This document shows, one piece after another, positions 20,260 to 29,692 of a DNA stretch of 64,000 nucleotides. The notes beneath the pieces are model-generated. The model did no database searches, was not told the origin of the DNA, and saw only the letters and a program-made list of their open reading frames with translations. Made by a program: the position numbers and the translations under genes. Where the stretch lies: NCBI GenBank assembly GCA_943788985.1, contig CALSSJ010000031.1, positions 64,001 to 128,000 on the forward strand, given 5' to 3'. How positions within the stretch are numbered: position 1 is the first letter of the stretch; each line of letters starts with the position of its first letter. This DNA is from an uncultured Lentisphaerales bacterium (lineage in GTDB: Bacteria; Verrucomicrobiota; Lentisphaeria; JABSQK01; UBA12247).

Positions 20260-20340
20260 GCCCAGAGGGGCGACACATGTCCTGCCGGTGGCGTGAGCCC
20301 CCGGATCACCCTCCTCACCCTTGAGCCCGGCGGGCGACAC
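20260..20340. repeat. Degenerate REP-like element (GCCC..GGGCGACAC x2 around hairpin CCGGTGGCGTGAGCCCCCGG)
   Basis: Two imperfect direct copies at 20260-20276 and 20325-20340, with a short palindrome at 20285-20304. Confidence 0.4.
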
Positions 20341-20468
20341 CGGCATATGGGGAGGGGGGAACGTTGTGCCGGCCACCGGCCTTTCTGCCCGCCGAGGTCT
20401 GCGGGGCGCCGCCCTGCGATGCCTTGCATCCTCGCGCTGCGGACTTCGCACCGGCAGGTGCTCCGACT

Positions 20469-20500
20469 GATGCAAATTGCCTGTCCCCACGCCGAAGGCC
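20469..20500 (-). repeat. REP-like 32-bp unit, inverted copy
   Basis: GATGCAAATTGCCTGTCCCCACGCCGAAGGCC is the reverse complement of consensus GGCCTTCGGCTTGGGGACAGGGGATTTGCATC with few mismatches. Confidence 0.85.
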
Positions 20501-20517
20501 TATGGTGAGTCGTTACC

Positions 20518-20538
20518 ACCGCCAACCGCCAACCGCCA
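20518..20538. repeat. 7-bp tandem repeat (ACCGCCA)x3
   Basis: Seen directly. Confidence 0.8.
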
Positions 20539-21228
20539 AGCAAACGGTGATTGAATCAGTTGAGTGCCCCTTGATGGCACACTGAAGAGACAACAATCAA
20601 GTGCTGGCAAATCAGGGCCGAGAGCGTCTGCATCCCTGCCAGGCTGTCAACCTGCTCTACACTTGGCAGGGCGGGAGCTGTAAGCGCAATGAGGATCGCC
20701 TCTCGCCACTAAGTTAAGGGCTACTGGTGTTTTGCTGCGCGAGATGTGTTGGTTGAGGGTGAGTGATCGGCGGGAGTTGTCAGCGGTGGAAGTTGCGCTC
20801 GCGGGGGCGACTGCAAGGCACGCATTACAAGCCCAAACCGCTGGAGGGCCTCGAAATCTACGGTCAAGACGTTGCGTCGACCGGGAGACGGCCAAGAAGC
20901 GCATCGCTGCGTGGACGCATGACTTGGTAGCGCGATGATTGGTCTCTTCCGCAAGGCCGAACCTCCTAGCTGGCGGCACCTCTGGCAAGCGCCATTGGAT
21001 GCAATACAACGCGCTATATGTCCCGGAAAAATCACAACATGAAGCATTGAGTCGGGCCTGATGGTGGCGATGAAGTAGTGTCTTGCGGTAGCTGACCACC
21101 TGCTCCTGTTACACCTCTGAGTTGTTTAAAACACCAATAGGCTACTTGCTTCCCCCCGTCACTGCGCTACCTTTGAAAAAGTTTGAATAGTAGTTCCTCC
21201 TCGATGAAATTAAATAGAGATTGGACCA

Positions 21229-21687
21229 ATGGTCAAAACAGCCCGCCAACTTTTTTTCCCACTGATTCTGACGATCATTTTGCCGTTGATGCCTGGGTGC
21301 GCGACCCGCTCGAAGAACATCTCCGCATCTTATGTTTCCCCAATAGAGTATTCTCATCTTGATTGCGACCAGATACGACGCGAGTTGGTTCGTGTTAACC
21401 GCCGACTCACAGATATTTCCGGAAAGCAGAACAAGGAGGCAACGAAAGACGCGGTTGCGCTCGGCGTGGGGCTTGTTGTTTTCTGGCCTGCTCTGTTTTT
21501 CATGATGAGTTCCGGAGAGAAGGAGGAAATTGCTCGTCTTAAAGGGAAATACGAGGCACTGGAAACTATCGCCATCGAAAAGAGATGCGGATTTTCCGAC
21601 GAGCTAATCGAAGCTCAACAGCAGCGTTCTGAAATGAAACGGAAAAGTTTAGATAAGAAGACACCAGCAGGGACTGAAGGTAACTAG
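21229..21687 (+). CDS. Hypothetical lipoprotein
   Basis: LMPGC lipobox; ASYVSPIEY..CDQI..GVGLVVFWPALFF..IARLKG, a pattern recalled from a widespread uncharacterised family. Confidence 0.8.
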   Translation: MVKTARQLFFPLILTIILPLMPGCATRSKNISASYVSPIEYSHLDCDQIRRELVRVNRRLTDISGKQNKEATKDAVALGVGLVVFWPALFFMMSSGEKEEIARLKGKYEALETIAIEKRCGFSDELIEAQQQRSEMKRKSLDKKTPAGTEGN

Positions 21688-21695
21688 ATTAAGAT

Positions 21696-21728
21696 CGTCG
21701 TGGGGAGGGCGTCGTGGGGAGGGCGTCG
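21696..21728. repeat. 14-bp tandem repeat CGTCGTGGGGAGGG, two full copies plus a partial
   Basis: Seen directly just after the stop of 21229-21687. Confidence 0.8.
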
Positions 21729-22008
21729 CGGAAGTCCTCACTGCCTTACGGGAGCAACACGCAGACGCCGGCCCGTTCAGGCAGGGCGTCAGGAACCGTC
21801 ATCGGGTCTAAGAAAATCAGGAGTGAACAATGTGATGTTCATTCCTCGGACTAAACACCCAGGATCCGAGGATCTGCGCTTGCACTCTACGATACTTACT
21901 GAAGGTTAACAGCGAAAGAACGGGCACAATTATTAAGCGACGGGAAATTTCTGTTTTTCCTCGACTCGCTTGAGAACAACCAGCAACGAAGAAAATAGTG
22001 GTATTCGA

Positions 22009-22530
22009 ATGAAGAGGGTCGATCAACGTGTTGCCTGCATTTTCTTTGGGCTTGCAGTATTGCTCCCTGCCCAATATGCCGCCGAGTCGCCCAAGCCGGA
22101 CTTGGCCGTTATTGAATTTGGTGAGAAAACGCTAAAGCTAAACAAACATGAGATCAAGTATCCCTTCGCAATGGACGAAATTATTGCGGCAATCGGCAAG
22201 CCCGACCGTTCAGCGTCGGTAGCCAACGTCGTTCATACATGGGATCAATATGGGATAGTTGCTTTTCAAAAAGCACCCGGGGAGCCGATTCACGCATTGC
22301 AGATTATATACTGTAATGATACCCCCCAATTCGCCCCAGAAAAACTGTTCACCGGTACTGTATTGATCAAGGATACGCAGTTCACTCCCTCCTCGGATCG
22401 ACGCGACCTTTTGCGTGCCGGATTCGCTCAGGATAGGCTCCTGACAGATTACTATACGGCAAAAATAGATGGCGTGTCACTAGTCGCAAAATACAAGCGT
22501 ATAATGTACAATCTTGAGATTTCCCGTTAG
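22009..22530 (+). CDS. Hypothetical secreted protein
   Basis: Signal peptide MKRVDQRVACIFFGLAVLLPA followed by a globular domain. Confidence 0.7.
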   Translation: MKRVDQRVACIFFGLAVLLPAQYAAESPKPDLAVIEFGEKTLKLNKHEIKYPFAMDEIIAAIGKPDRSASVANVVHTWDQYGIVAFQKAPGEPIHALQIIYCNDTPQFAPEKLFTGTVLIKDTQFTPSSDRRDLLRAGFAQDRLLTDYYTAKIDGVSLVAKYKRIMYNLEISR

Positions 22531-22685
22531 GCTCCAATTCATTCCAAGCCGCCTGCTCTTCACGAGATTCAGGACTGTCCGGACCCGCTAAGCGTGCAGG
22601 GGATGGGGCAACGCTAGCCCGCACTCAGGTAATGCCGAATGGTGCTTCCCTGCTCGCGTTAATCCGAAAAACAAGTAGCACCAAG

Positions 22686-23135
22686 ATGAAATGGACGCCA
22701 ATACACGCCATTGGAACCGGAGCGGTCTTGCTTCTTTTCTCATGCGCACACTCGACGCCCTCTACGCGTGCTTCAATCGAGGCATCCGCACCGGCGCGGG
22801 CAAGGGCGGCCGCAGGAGGGCCTGCGGTCATCTTCCGGGGCGAAGCTAGCATGCCTCGCTCAATGATAGATCGCGGCAAGTACTATCTACTGCGGGTGAC
22901 CAGGACCGGAAGTGTCTATGAAACGCTACACAAGCGAGTTGGCCCGGGATACGTGGGCTACACAAAGTGTGAGATCGACTACAGCCGCCAGGTGATGCGA
23001 ACGATCGGATACAGCGAAGTATCTGGTCTTGAGATTGGCTATTCGCCTTCCCAGTGGTTTGATTTGGTGCCGGGGTCGAGCAAGTCCGATATGTACAATT
23101 ACGTCCTCGAGAATGTCCTGCCGGCATATGACTAG
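22686..23135 (+). CDS. Hypothetical lipoprotein
   Basis: LLLFSC lipobox; GKYYLL..LHKRVG..GYTKCEID..WFDLVPGSSKSD. Confidence 0.7.
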   Translation: MKWTPIHAIGTGAVLLLFSCAHSTPSTRASIEASAPARARAAAGGPAVIFRGEASMPRSMIDRGKYYLLRVTRTGSVYETLHKRVGPGYVGYTKCEIDYSRQVMRTIGYSEVSGLEIGYSPSQWFDLVPGSSKSDMYNYVLENVLPAYD

Positions 23136-23228
23136 CTTAGCTGGGCAGCGTGGGAGCGAACGAGGCAGAATCAGGACTCGGTTGTGGTCAGCGGTTATTG
23201 ATCTGAAGAACTGAAGGAGGAGAACAGA

Positions 23229-23642
23229 ATGTTTGGTTTGGGTGGATGTAACCGAGCGGGGAGAACGAAACTGCCTTTGCTTATGGTCAGTGTGTTCTTT
23301 GTTTCAGGTTGCTCGACAACCCAAGAAGAGTTGGTCCGAGGCGAGTTGGCTGAGACTTGGCAAATATCTGCACCAATGGAGGATGTTTTTCGACGATACA
23401 AGAACTACGCGGGAGAGCATTTTAGCGGAGGCGACTTCCCGTTTGGTGGAGGCTACCGCGCAACGGGACATTTCTACGGGTCGCGAGCTGAGCTGTCCGT
23501 CAAGGTGGACGGGACTATCTCCGCCGGAACCACATACCTGCATTTCGAGCTTCAAGAACGGAGTGGAGGTACTCAAGTTCGGTGTTGGTGGTATAACCGG
23601 TTCTGGAAGAAGAATGTGGAGAAGTTTCGGAAGCTATTCTGA
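23229..23642 (+). CDS. Hypothetical lipoprotein
   Basis: Strong RBS GAAGGAGGAG; FVSGC lipobox. Confidence 0.7.
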   Translation: MFGLGGCNRAGRTKLPLLMVSVFFVSGCSTTQEELVRGELAETWQISAPMEDVFRRYKNYAGEHFSGGDFPFGGGYRATGHFYGSRAELSVKVDGTISAGTTYLHFELQERSGGTQVRCWWYNRFWKKNVEKFRKLF

Positions 23643-23785
23643 GGCACTCGTTATACGGCGGCACTCCAGTAATGACGTCGTCGGTGGAAGGCGGCTTTCG
23701 GCGTGAGCACACTGTATTTTCATCCCAGAGAAGAACACTGAACACGGTGCGTCGATGGGAGCTCTAGCCAGTCTGGGACAGAAGA

Positions 23786-23924
23786 GGCCTTCAGCTAAGA
23801 GACAGGGGATTTGCATCACATTGCGCTTGACCGGAGGGCGCTACAGAGGCAGAACGTAGGGGCCTTCGGCTTGGGGACAGGGGATTTGCATCACATAGCG
23901 CTTGACCCGAGGGCGCTACAGAGG
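23786..23924 (+). repeat. Two tandem 64-bp units (period 75 bp), each beginning with the REP-like 32-mer, immediately upstream of RAYT
   Basis: Units at 23786-23849 and 23861-23924; the second is preceded by GTAG. Confidence 0.9.
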
Positions 23925-23962
23925 TAGCTTGCATCAAATAGTCTTTCATTGAGAGGTTCCCT

Positions 23963-24937
23963 ATGCGAACAGCAAGGCTTCGGCCCAACCGGAAGGAAGG
24001 CAGCTACCTTCATCTCTATCAACGAGCCTGTGGATTTCGCTCGGATCGAATTTTCGGAGATGTCGAGCGCCAGTTCATGCTCAATCTCATTGGCAAAGTT
24101 TCGGCGTTGTATACCCTCGAAATCATTGCTGTGACGGCAATGTCTAACCACGTGCATATCGTTGCCTTCGTGCCGGGGGAGCCGCCGACACCGGAAGAGA
24201 CTTGCCGACGTTACAACGCATTCTATGCTGGCATGAAGCCGGAATTGATTGTCAACTCGCCTGACTTGGCGCGCATTCAGAAGCGTCTGGGGGACTTCAG
24301 CGTATTCATGGGGCATTGGCAACAGAGCTTCACCTGCTGGTTTAATCGCACGCGCAAGGAACAGCGGAGGGGGCGTCTGTGGGGGGACCGATTCAAGCAC
24401 ACAATCCTGGAGGGTCGTGAGGCGCTTTGGACTTGCGTGCAGTATGTGGAGATGAATCCTGTCCGTGCTGGGATCTGCGAGCAGCCGGATGACTACCGGT
24501 TCTGCAGTTGGGGGATTCGCTGCGGGAGCGGCAAGCATCCCTATGCCAGGAACTTCCTCCACCACTTACGCCGGTCGCTGGGAGATCGGGCAGGCGATTG
24601 GGCCATGCCAGATCTCGAGGCAGAATTTCGCTCGGATTTGGCTAGGAAGTTGACTGCAGAGCTTGGAGCAAGCGGCGAGGAGATTGCAGCTGCCAGTGAC
24701 CTAGCACGCGCGAAGGTTCCTGTGACGCTGCAGCTTACCCGTCGGGCCCGCTATTGGACCGATGGGGCCGTGATCGGCTCAAAGCAATTTGTGATGGAAA
24801 TCACAGCTGAGGCACTTGGCACGGAGCGGGCGAAGAAGCGACGATACGGGCGCGGCTTGATTGCCGACGGCACTGCCCTCTTCAGTATGCGCCAACTTCG
24901 AACGGTGGCTCCCTGCTCCGATCAAGATCTCGTCTGA
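23963..24937 (+). CDS. REP-associated tyrosine (Y1 HUH) transposase, RAYT/TnpA-REP
   Basis: MSNHVHIV (HUH), FTCWFNR..RRGRLWGDRFK, YVEMNPVRAG (catalytic Tyr), DYRFCSW; flanked by repeats. Confidence 0.9.
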   Translation: MRTARLRPNRKEGSYLHLYQRACGFRSDRIFGDVERQFMLNLIGKVSALYTLEIIAVTAMSNHVHIVAFVPGEPPTPEETCRRYNAFYAGMKPELIVNSPDLARIQKRLGDFSVFMGHWQQSFTCWFNRTRKEQRRGRLWGDRFKHTILEGREALWTCVQYVEMNPVRAGICEQPDDYRFCSWGIRCGSGKHPYARNFLHHLRRSLGDRAGDWAMPDLEAEFRSDLARKLTAELGASGEEIAAASDLARAKVPVTLQLTRRARYWTDGAVIGSKQFVMEITAEALGTERAKKRRYGRGLIADGTALFSMRQLRTVAPCSDQDLV

Positions 24938-25287
24938 ACATCGTTCTATTCAAGGCTGCCATGCTTGGGCGCAAAGCCGCTACCTGCAGATCACATTGTC
25001 TCGAGCGAAAAGCCTTCGGCGGAAGCCCCGCTGCTCGCATAGAGCCCTCTCATCGAAGCACAATCTGAACCAAGCTACGCCTGAACCGCCGTCTGGTGGA
25101 AGCTAATATGCGTTGAAATCGCTGCCCGTTACCGATCCTCGGTCAGTGACTCGCATTGCTCAAGCGAAGCTGGTTTTCGCGGATTCGGCCAGATCAGCAG
25201 GCCTTCGTAGGCCTTATTACTTGATTCGCCGCCCCGGGCCTTGGTAACCATCGATTCCCAAGAATCAGATCCTTGTCTTGCGTTTTC

Positions 25288-25472
25288 GATGCAAATCTCC
25301 TTCCCAAGGCCTTCAGCTTGGGGACAGGGGATTTGCATCACCGCACCAGCCCTGCATCTCGACAGGTAGGAGGCCTTCGGCTAAGGGAGGTAGCGTTTTC
25401 GATGCAAATCCCCTGTCCCCAAACCGAAGGCGGCGAAGGCGGCTCCTTTGTCCCCAAGCCGAAGGCGGCTCC
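25288..25472. repeat. Cluster of REP-like units in both orientations
   Basis: Hairpin 25288-25339 (forward unit 25308-25339), partial GTAGGAGGCCTTCGGC at about 25366, inverted unit 25401-25431, partial 25449-25466. Confidence 0.9.
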
Positions 25473-25541
25473 TCCCGTTTATTGATTCTCGGATAAATTG
25501 ATGAGAACTTGGCCGTCCGCAGAACTAGGCCATGATCTGCC

Positions 25542-25712
25542 CTATGGCTGCAGCGTCTTCTTACGCTTGCTTGGGACTGGGATGATCCGCTCGCCGGATG
25601 CAGCTTGAACACTACGTAAATCTTCGACGATGGCCTCTAGGTTATAATTAAACTTAGCCGCATGTTCTTGACGGTTCTTGCGAAGCTCAGCGATAATGTG
25701 GTCATCAGTCAT
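25542..25712 (-). CDS. Small protein downstream of the PIN gene (putative antitoxin)
   Basis: MTDDHIIAELRKNRQEHAAKFNYNLEAIVEDLR; ATGA overlap with the PIN stop. Confidence 0.7.
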   Translation of the reverse strand: MTDDHIIAELRKNRQEHAAKFNYNLEAIVEDLRSVQAASGERIIPVPSKRKKTLQP

Positions 25713-26188
25713 GAAGATTCGCCTCCTAGCAGTTGTTCCGGTGTGCAGATAATAGGGCATGAGTAGCCCGCTTTGTCAACAGTGCGAATGACGTGTGGGC
25801 GGATATGGGCATTGGCGATGTGCTTGCAGTTCCACGTTAGCAAAAAGTCCATGCAATGGACCGCCGCGATGGCGATATGCAGAGCATCTTCTGCATACTC
25901 CACTGGGATTGCATGCGCGCTCACAAATTCGTCAGCAAGGGTTTCAATGGACTTGTCGATGTCTAAGCGGGGAACGCCAGCGATTGCGGCCATGCGTTCT
26001 GCTGCGGCGTTTCTGTCACCTCGCGACGCCTCGAGTTCGACGAGCCTCGAGACATAGAGATCGTATTGCAGCCGCGTCTGCCACCAGTCCTGGGTCAGCT
26101 GCTGACGAGCTGCTGCGACAACGTCGCGACTAGGTCTGGCAGCGTGATAGCTGATGACACTGGTTTCGAGATAGACTCTTGATTTCAT
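25709..26188 (-). CDS. PIN-domain (VapC-like) toxin
   Basis: MKSRVYLETSVISY..ELEA..EDALHIAIAAVHCMDFLLTWNCKHIAN..ICTPEQL. Confidence 0.88.
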   Translation of the reverse strand: MKSRVYLETSVISYHAARPSRDVVAAARQQLTQDWWQTRLQYDLYVSRLVELEASRGDRNAAAERMAAIAGVPRLDIDKSIETLADEFVSAHAIPVEYAEDALHIAIAAVHCMDFLLTWNCKHIANAHIRPHVIRTVDKAGYSCPIICTPEQLLGGESS

Positions 26189-26334
26189 CCCCGAAATATG
26201 GATCTCGAATAGGCTCTTGGCTACTGTAGGATTCGGTATTCTGCGGGATAGCAATCATGTCGGCGACCCGCCGGCGCTCCCAGTCGGAAGGCAGCGATGA
26301 TAGTGATCAAGACCTTGAACAAGGAGGCCTTCAA

Positions 26335-26366
26335 GGCCTTCAACTAAGGGACAGGGGATTTTGATC
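26335..26366 (+). repeat. REP-like unit abutting the right direct repeat
   Basis: GGCCTTCAACTAAGGGACAGGGGATTTTGATC. Confidence 0.8.
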
Positions 26367-26461
26367 CCATGGACGGCCTCATCGTCGTCGACCTCGAGCA
26401 GACCGAGCCACGCCAGCTCCGCCGCCTCTTCGGCAAGACCTGGTCTCTCCCCAGAAAATGA
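26367..26461 (+). repeat. Direct repeat copy 2: orphan 3' end of the OlsF-like gene
   Basis: Encodes MDGLIVVDLEQTEPRQLRRLFGKTWSLPRK*; copy 1 ends TWSLT*. Confidence 0.93.
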
Positions 26462-26484
26462 CTGGGAGCGCTGAGAAAAAAGCT

Positions 26485-27036
26485 CTACACAGAGAGCTCA
26501 CAGAGGACACAGAGCCGAGCACATAGATTCAAACAGACATCTTCTCCTCTTTTCTCTGTGACCTCGGTGCTATCTGTGGTAAAAAATCCTCCCCCTCTCC
26601 CCCTGTCCCTCCTGCGTCTTATTCCTGAGATCCGCAGATTCCGGCATCCAGCCGTCCAAGCCGTCAGGGCCACCAGCGAGTCCGGACGTGGAATCGCACA
26701 GTAGCCGAGGATTCCGAACGCCCCAACGAGGAGCACGAGCCCCACGATCGCCGTCTCACGAATGCCGTGCAGCCAAACGATCGTGCCCCCGTCGTATGGC
26801 CGGACCGTATGAAATGGTTTTCCAGCTGCCTCTGCGCTCCGCCATCCATAGAGCTGGGAGGACAAGCTAAAGACGGGAAAATTCTCAGCAATCCGGTCCC
26901 AGCCCTTCTCCCGGCCGGGTGAGCTGCAGATTTCGAAGTAGTCAGAGTTCACGCGCCCGCAAAATGCCGTAAGGACGAGCCCCAACAAGATCCCGATAAC
27001 CGCTACCACCACTAGCCAGCTACGATTCCTACTCAT
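26485..27036 (-). CDS. Hypothetical membrane protein (C-terminus reads into the hairpin repeat)
   Basis: Two hydrophobic segments; RBS GGAGGGG upstream. Confidence 0.5.
   Translation of the reverse strand: MSRNRSWLVVVAVIGILLGLVLTAFCGRVNSDYFEICSSPGREKGWDRIAENFPVFSLSSQLYGWRSAEAAGKPFHTVRPYDGGTIVWLHGIRETAIVGLVLLVGAFGILGYCAIPRPDSLVALTAWTAGCRNLRISGIRRRRDRGRGGGFFTTDSTEVTEKRGEDVCLNLCARLCVLCELSV
26489..26577. repeat. Hairpin element 1 (ACAGAGAGCTCACAGAGGACACAGAG family)
   Basis: Left arm 26489-26514, imperfect right arm 26554-26577. Confidence 0.85.
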
Positions 27037-27121
27037 ACTCGCCCCCCTCCATTGCCATCATCCGTCCCGGTGAGTGCCTGACTACGATCATTTCTCATGG
27101 CGCCGGGAAGAATCTTCTACG

Positions 27122-27210
27122 ACAGAGAGCTCACAGAGGACACAGAGCCAAACAACTCCAAGTGTGAGACATTTCTTCTCTTTTCTCTGTGTCCTCGGTG
27201 AGCTCTCTGT
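27122..27210. repeat. Hairpin element 2
   Basis: 26-bp arms at 27122-27147 and 27185-27210 with one mismatch. Confidence 0.92.
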
Positions 27211-27218
27211 AAAATCCG

Positions 27219-28190
27219 TTAGCCCCAGTCAATCACTGGAAGCTGCGCGACGAAGATAGCCGCGAGGATCACGAACAAGCACAGTCCCAGCCCCAAGGAA
27301 TAGACCACACCAAGGGCGTCGGCCCGATGCGCCTTGCTGCGCAGCAAGGCGCCGTCGTGGCACCCTCTATATACCATCAGCCTCCTCGTGATCGTGCCCG
27401 GACCGACAAAGGTCGTCACCACCAAGATTCCGAGTGGTATCAGTTCAACTCGACCAAAGAGATCGATTTTTTGCTGCACAAGTATCGCCAGCAGCGCTGC
27501 GACTCCCAGTCCCCAGAGTGCGGCAGCAATCGCAAAATTCCGGCCGTTCCTGTCCGCCTCTTTCAGCGATATCGGCGTCACCGGCTTGCGTGCCACATTG
27601 TCCTCAAGCGAGGCCCGCAGCGTGCTGTCATACAGATCTGCGGGGACGCAGATGATCAGTTCAGAGAGCCAATTTCTACCGTCAAGGGTGGGACGTCGAC
27701 TCCCGGCGCGACCTTCCCTGCATTGCTCTGCATCAATTTTCGCCCATTCCCGCAATTGAAAACACAGGTCGCGTGCACCAGCGGGATCCGCCGAATTAGC
27801 CTCTACCTGAAAGCCAGCAAAAGCCGCCCACGGATAGAACCTATCTGGTTCGTCAAGCATTGGCAGCAGCAGTCCCTCTGTCGTAACCTTACCGGCCTCG
27901 CCACGCGGCCAAAACGGCAAGCTGCCCAGCATCCAAGTAAGCCATTGCGCACACACCCCCATCAGAACAACTCCCCCCAGTGTTCCCCAAAACCGTTGTG
28001 ACAGTGCCTCCACACCGACGCGGTCCCAGAACCAGCTGAAGCCCCAGAACAACAGGGCAGCGATGCTGATCAGCCTCAGCGAACCCCAGACATTGGCGCG
28101 AAACAGCTCTCGCATTTTCTCCCTGTAGACGGCCCGGGGCACCTGCCACTCGGCCAGCACCTCCATATCGCCTGTCCTCTTGTCCGTCAT
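27219..28190 (-). CDS. Hypothetical multi-pass membrane protein
   Basis: 323 aa, about 5 hydrophobic segments, 10 bp downstream of the sulfatase. Confidence 0.65.
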   Translation of the reverse strand: MTDKRTGDMEVLAEWQVPRAVYREKMRELFRANVWGSLRLISIAALLFWGFSWFWDRVGVEALSQRFWGTLGGVVLMGVCAQWLTWMLGSLPFWPRGEAGKVTTEGLLLPMLDEPDRFYPWAAFAGFQVEANSADPAGARDLCFQLREWAKIDAEQCREGRAGSRRPTLDGRNWLSELIICVPADLYDSTLRASLEDNVARKPVTPISLKEADRNGRNFAIAAALWGLGVAALLAILVQQKIDLFGRVELIPLGILVVTTFVGPGTITRRLMVYRGCHDGALLRSKAHRADALGVVYSLGLGLCLFVILAAIFVAQLPVIDWG

Positions 28191-28200
28191 GCGACCAGAA

Positions 28201-29619
28201 TCATTGTTCCAAATTTTTAGAGAGCTGCGCCTTTAGCTGGGCCACGAGCTCAGGATGCGCCGGGGCGATGTTCACCGTCTCCTTTTCTCGAGACGTGTGA
28301 TCGTAAAGCTCGATGTGCCCATTCTTGTGGGCAATGAGTCGATAGGTATCCGTACGAATCGTGGTCGCTCGACTCTGATAGGCAAGCGCCAGATGCCCCT
28401 CGACGGTGGGGTCTTGCAGCATCGCCTGCAGCGAAACACCCTGCGCAAAGTCTGGAGTCTCCACGCCAGTCAAGTCGCACAGCGTTGGAAAGATATCCAG
28501 CGTGCTCACCACGGCATTGCTCTTGCCCCCCGCCTGCTTCATGTCCGGAGCCACCATAATCAGCGGCGAACGCAACGCCTCTTCAAACAGGCTTTGCTTG
28601 CCCCAAATGCCATGCTCGCCAAGGTGCCAGCCATGGTCGCCCCAGAGAACGATCACGGTATTCTGGTCCGCGCCGGTCTCCTTCAGCTTGGCTAGGATGT
28701 CGCCAACCAATTTGTCGGCATAGCTGACGCACGCCGCATAATGCCGCCGCACGGCCTCCGCAAACGCGAGATCCTGTCGTGGATCTCTGCCCCAGCGGTT
28801 GTACTTCATGAATTCGCCGGATCCGTGCCAGGTCGTCTTTCCTTCGGGCTTTGTGGCGTGAGGAGTCGGCGGCAACGCAACGCCGTCATAGAGATCCAAA
28901 TAGTGTTTTGGGGCACCAAAAGGCAAGTGGGGTTTCAGCAGACCAATCGCCAGAAAAAACGGTCTGTCAGCCGCGGCCAGCTCTTCGAGTTGCTTGATTC
29001 CTTCCTCAGCGATCAGCCCATCCGGGTAGATTGAGTCTGGCCCCACAGCCGCCTCAAAAAGAGCAAATTCCTTCGCGTTCTTTGGCCGCGCCTTCCCATG
29101 CGCCAAGCCGTGCATAGCACCGACTGGCGTCTTCCATACGCCGACCGGCATCAAGTGCCGATCCCAGGCATTTGGCATTTCCACCTTCGCCGCGTCATTC
29201 CAGCCCGGCCCACCGCGACCGCCAGGGTGATGCGACACCTTGCCCACCGAGACCGTGGTAAACCCATGCGAACGAAACCATTCTGGCATGCTCGGCGGAA
29301 CGCGATCCGGGGATTTGGTAACTTCCTTGGCCCGCTGAAACAGCGCGGCGTTACCTGCTGCGCCGTAGCGCCCTGTCAGCAGCGTGCAGCGGGATGGCCC
29401 GCAGCTGGGAGCGTTGACATAGTGCCGTTGGAACGCACGGCCCTGGGCCGCCAACCGGTCAATGTTCGGAGAATGAATGTGCGACGCGCCAAAGCAATTG
29501 AGCTCTGGCCGTAGATCGTCAATGCACAACAGCAGTACATTTTTGGGCGGTTCCGCTGCTCCCCCTACGCATGCAGAGAGGCAGGCCCCGAGAATAGTGG
29601 CTATGAATAAACGGCTCAT
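28201..29619 (-). CDS. Formylglycine-dependent sulfatase (iduronate-2-sulfatase-like)
   Basis: [45 protein letters not shown]; signal peptide. Confidence 0.92.
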   Translation of the reverse strand: MSRLFIATILGACLSACVGGAAEPPKNVLLLCIDDLRPELNCFGASHIHSPNIDRLAAQGRAFQRHYVNAPSCGPSRCTLLTGRYGAAGNAALFQRAKEVTKSPDRVPPSMPEWFRSHGFTTVSVGKVSHHPGGRGGPGWNDAAKVEMPNAWDRHLMPVGVWKTPVGAMHGLAHGKARPKNAKEFALFEAAVGPDSIYPDGLIAEEGIKQLEELAAADRPFFLAIGLLKPHLPFGAPKHYLDLYDGVALPPTPHATKPEGKTTWHGSGEFMKYNRWGRDPRQDLAFAEAVRRHYAACVSYADKLVGDILAKLKETGADQNTVIVLWGDHGWHLGEHGIWGKQSLFEEALRSPLIMVAPDMKQAGGKSNAVVSTLDIFPTLCDLTGVETPDFAQGVSLQAMLQDPTVEGHLALAYQSRATTIRTDTYRLIAHKNGHIELYDHTSREKETVNIAPAHPELVAQLKAQLSKNLEQ

Positions 29620-29692
29620 GGCTTTTCCTTTCTGTTCTCAATCGGCTGAGTGGCACTGTAGCAGCCCGCGCCCGGTGACTGCTTGAAGTCCA

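Larger units (their letters stand above)
20009..26366. mobile_element. Putative inserted island between the duplicated gene ends, carrying RAYT, REP-like repeats, secreted cargo and a PIN pair
   Basis: Bounded by 79-bp direct repeats; contains an HUH transposase and visibly AT-richer cargo; no integrase seen. Confidence 0.6.

Noticed and set aside
20042..21099. Short ORFs in the island's left arm
   Set aside because: Overlapping, repeat-derived, with no motifs or clear RBS; treated as non-coding
21229..23642. Integron cassette array
   Set aside because: GTTAGGC occurs at 22526, but no matching RYYYAAC, paired L boxes or integron integrase were found
23786..25472. CRISPR array from the 32-bp repeats
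   Set aside because: Copies occur in both orientations, the sequences following the two tandem units are near-identical rather than unique spacers, spacing is irregular and there are no cas genes
19920..26461. Diversity-generating retroelement TR/VR pair
   Set aside because: Mismatches are synonymous and not adenine-specific, and there is no reverse transcriptase
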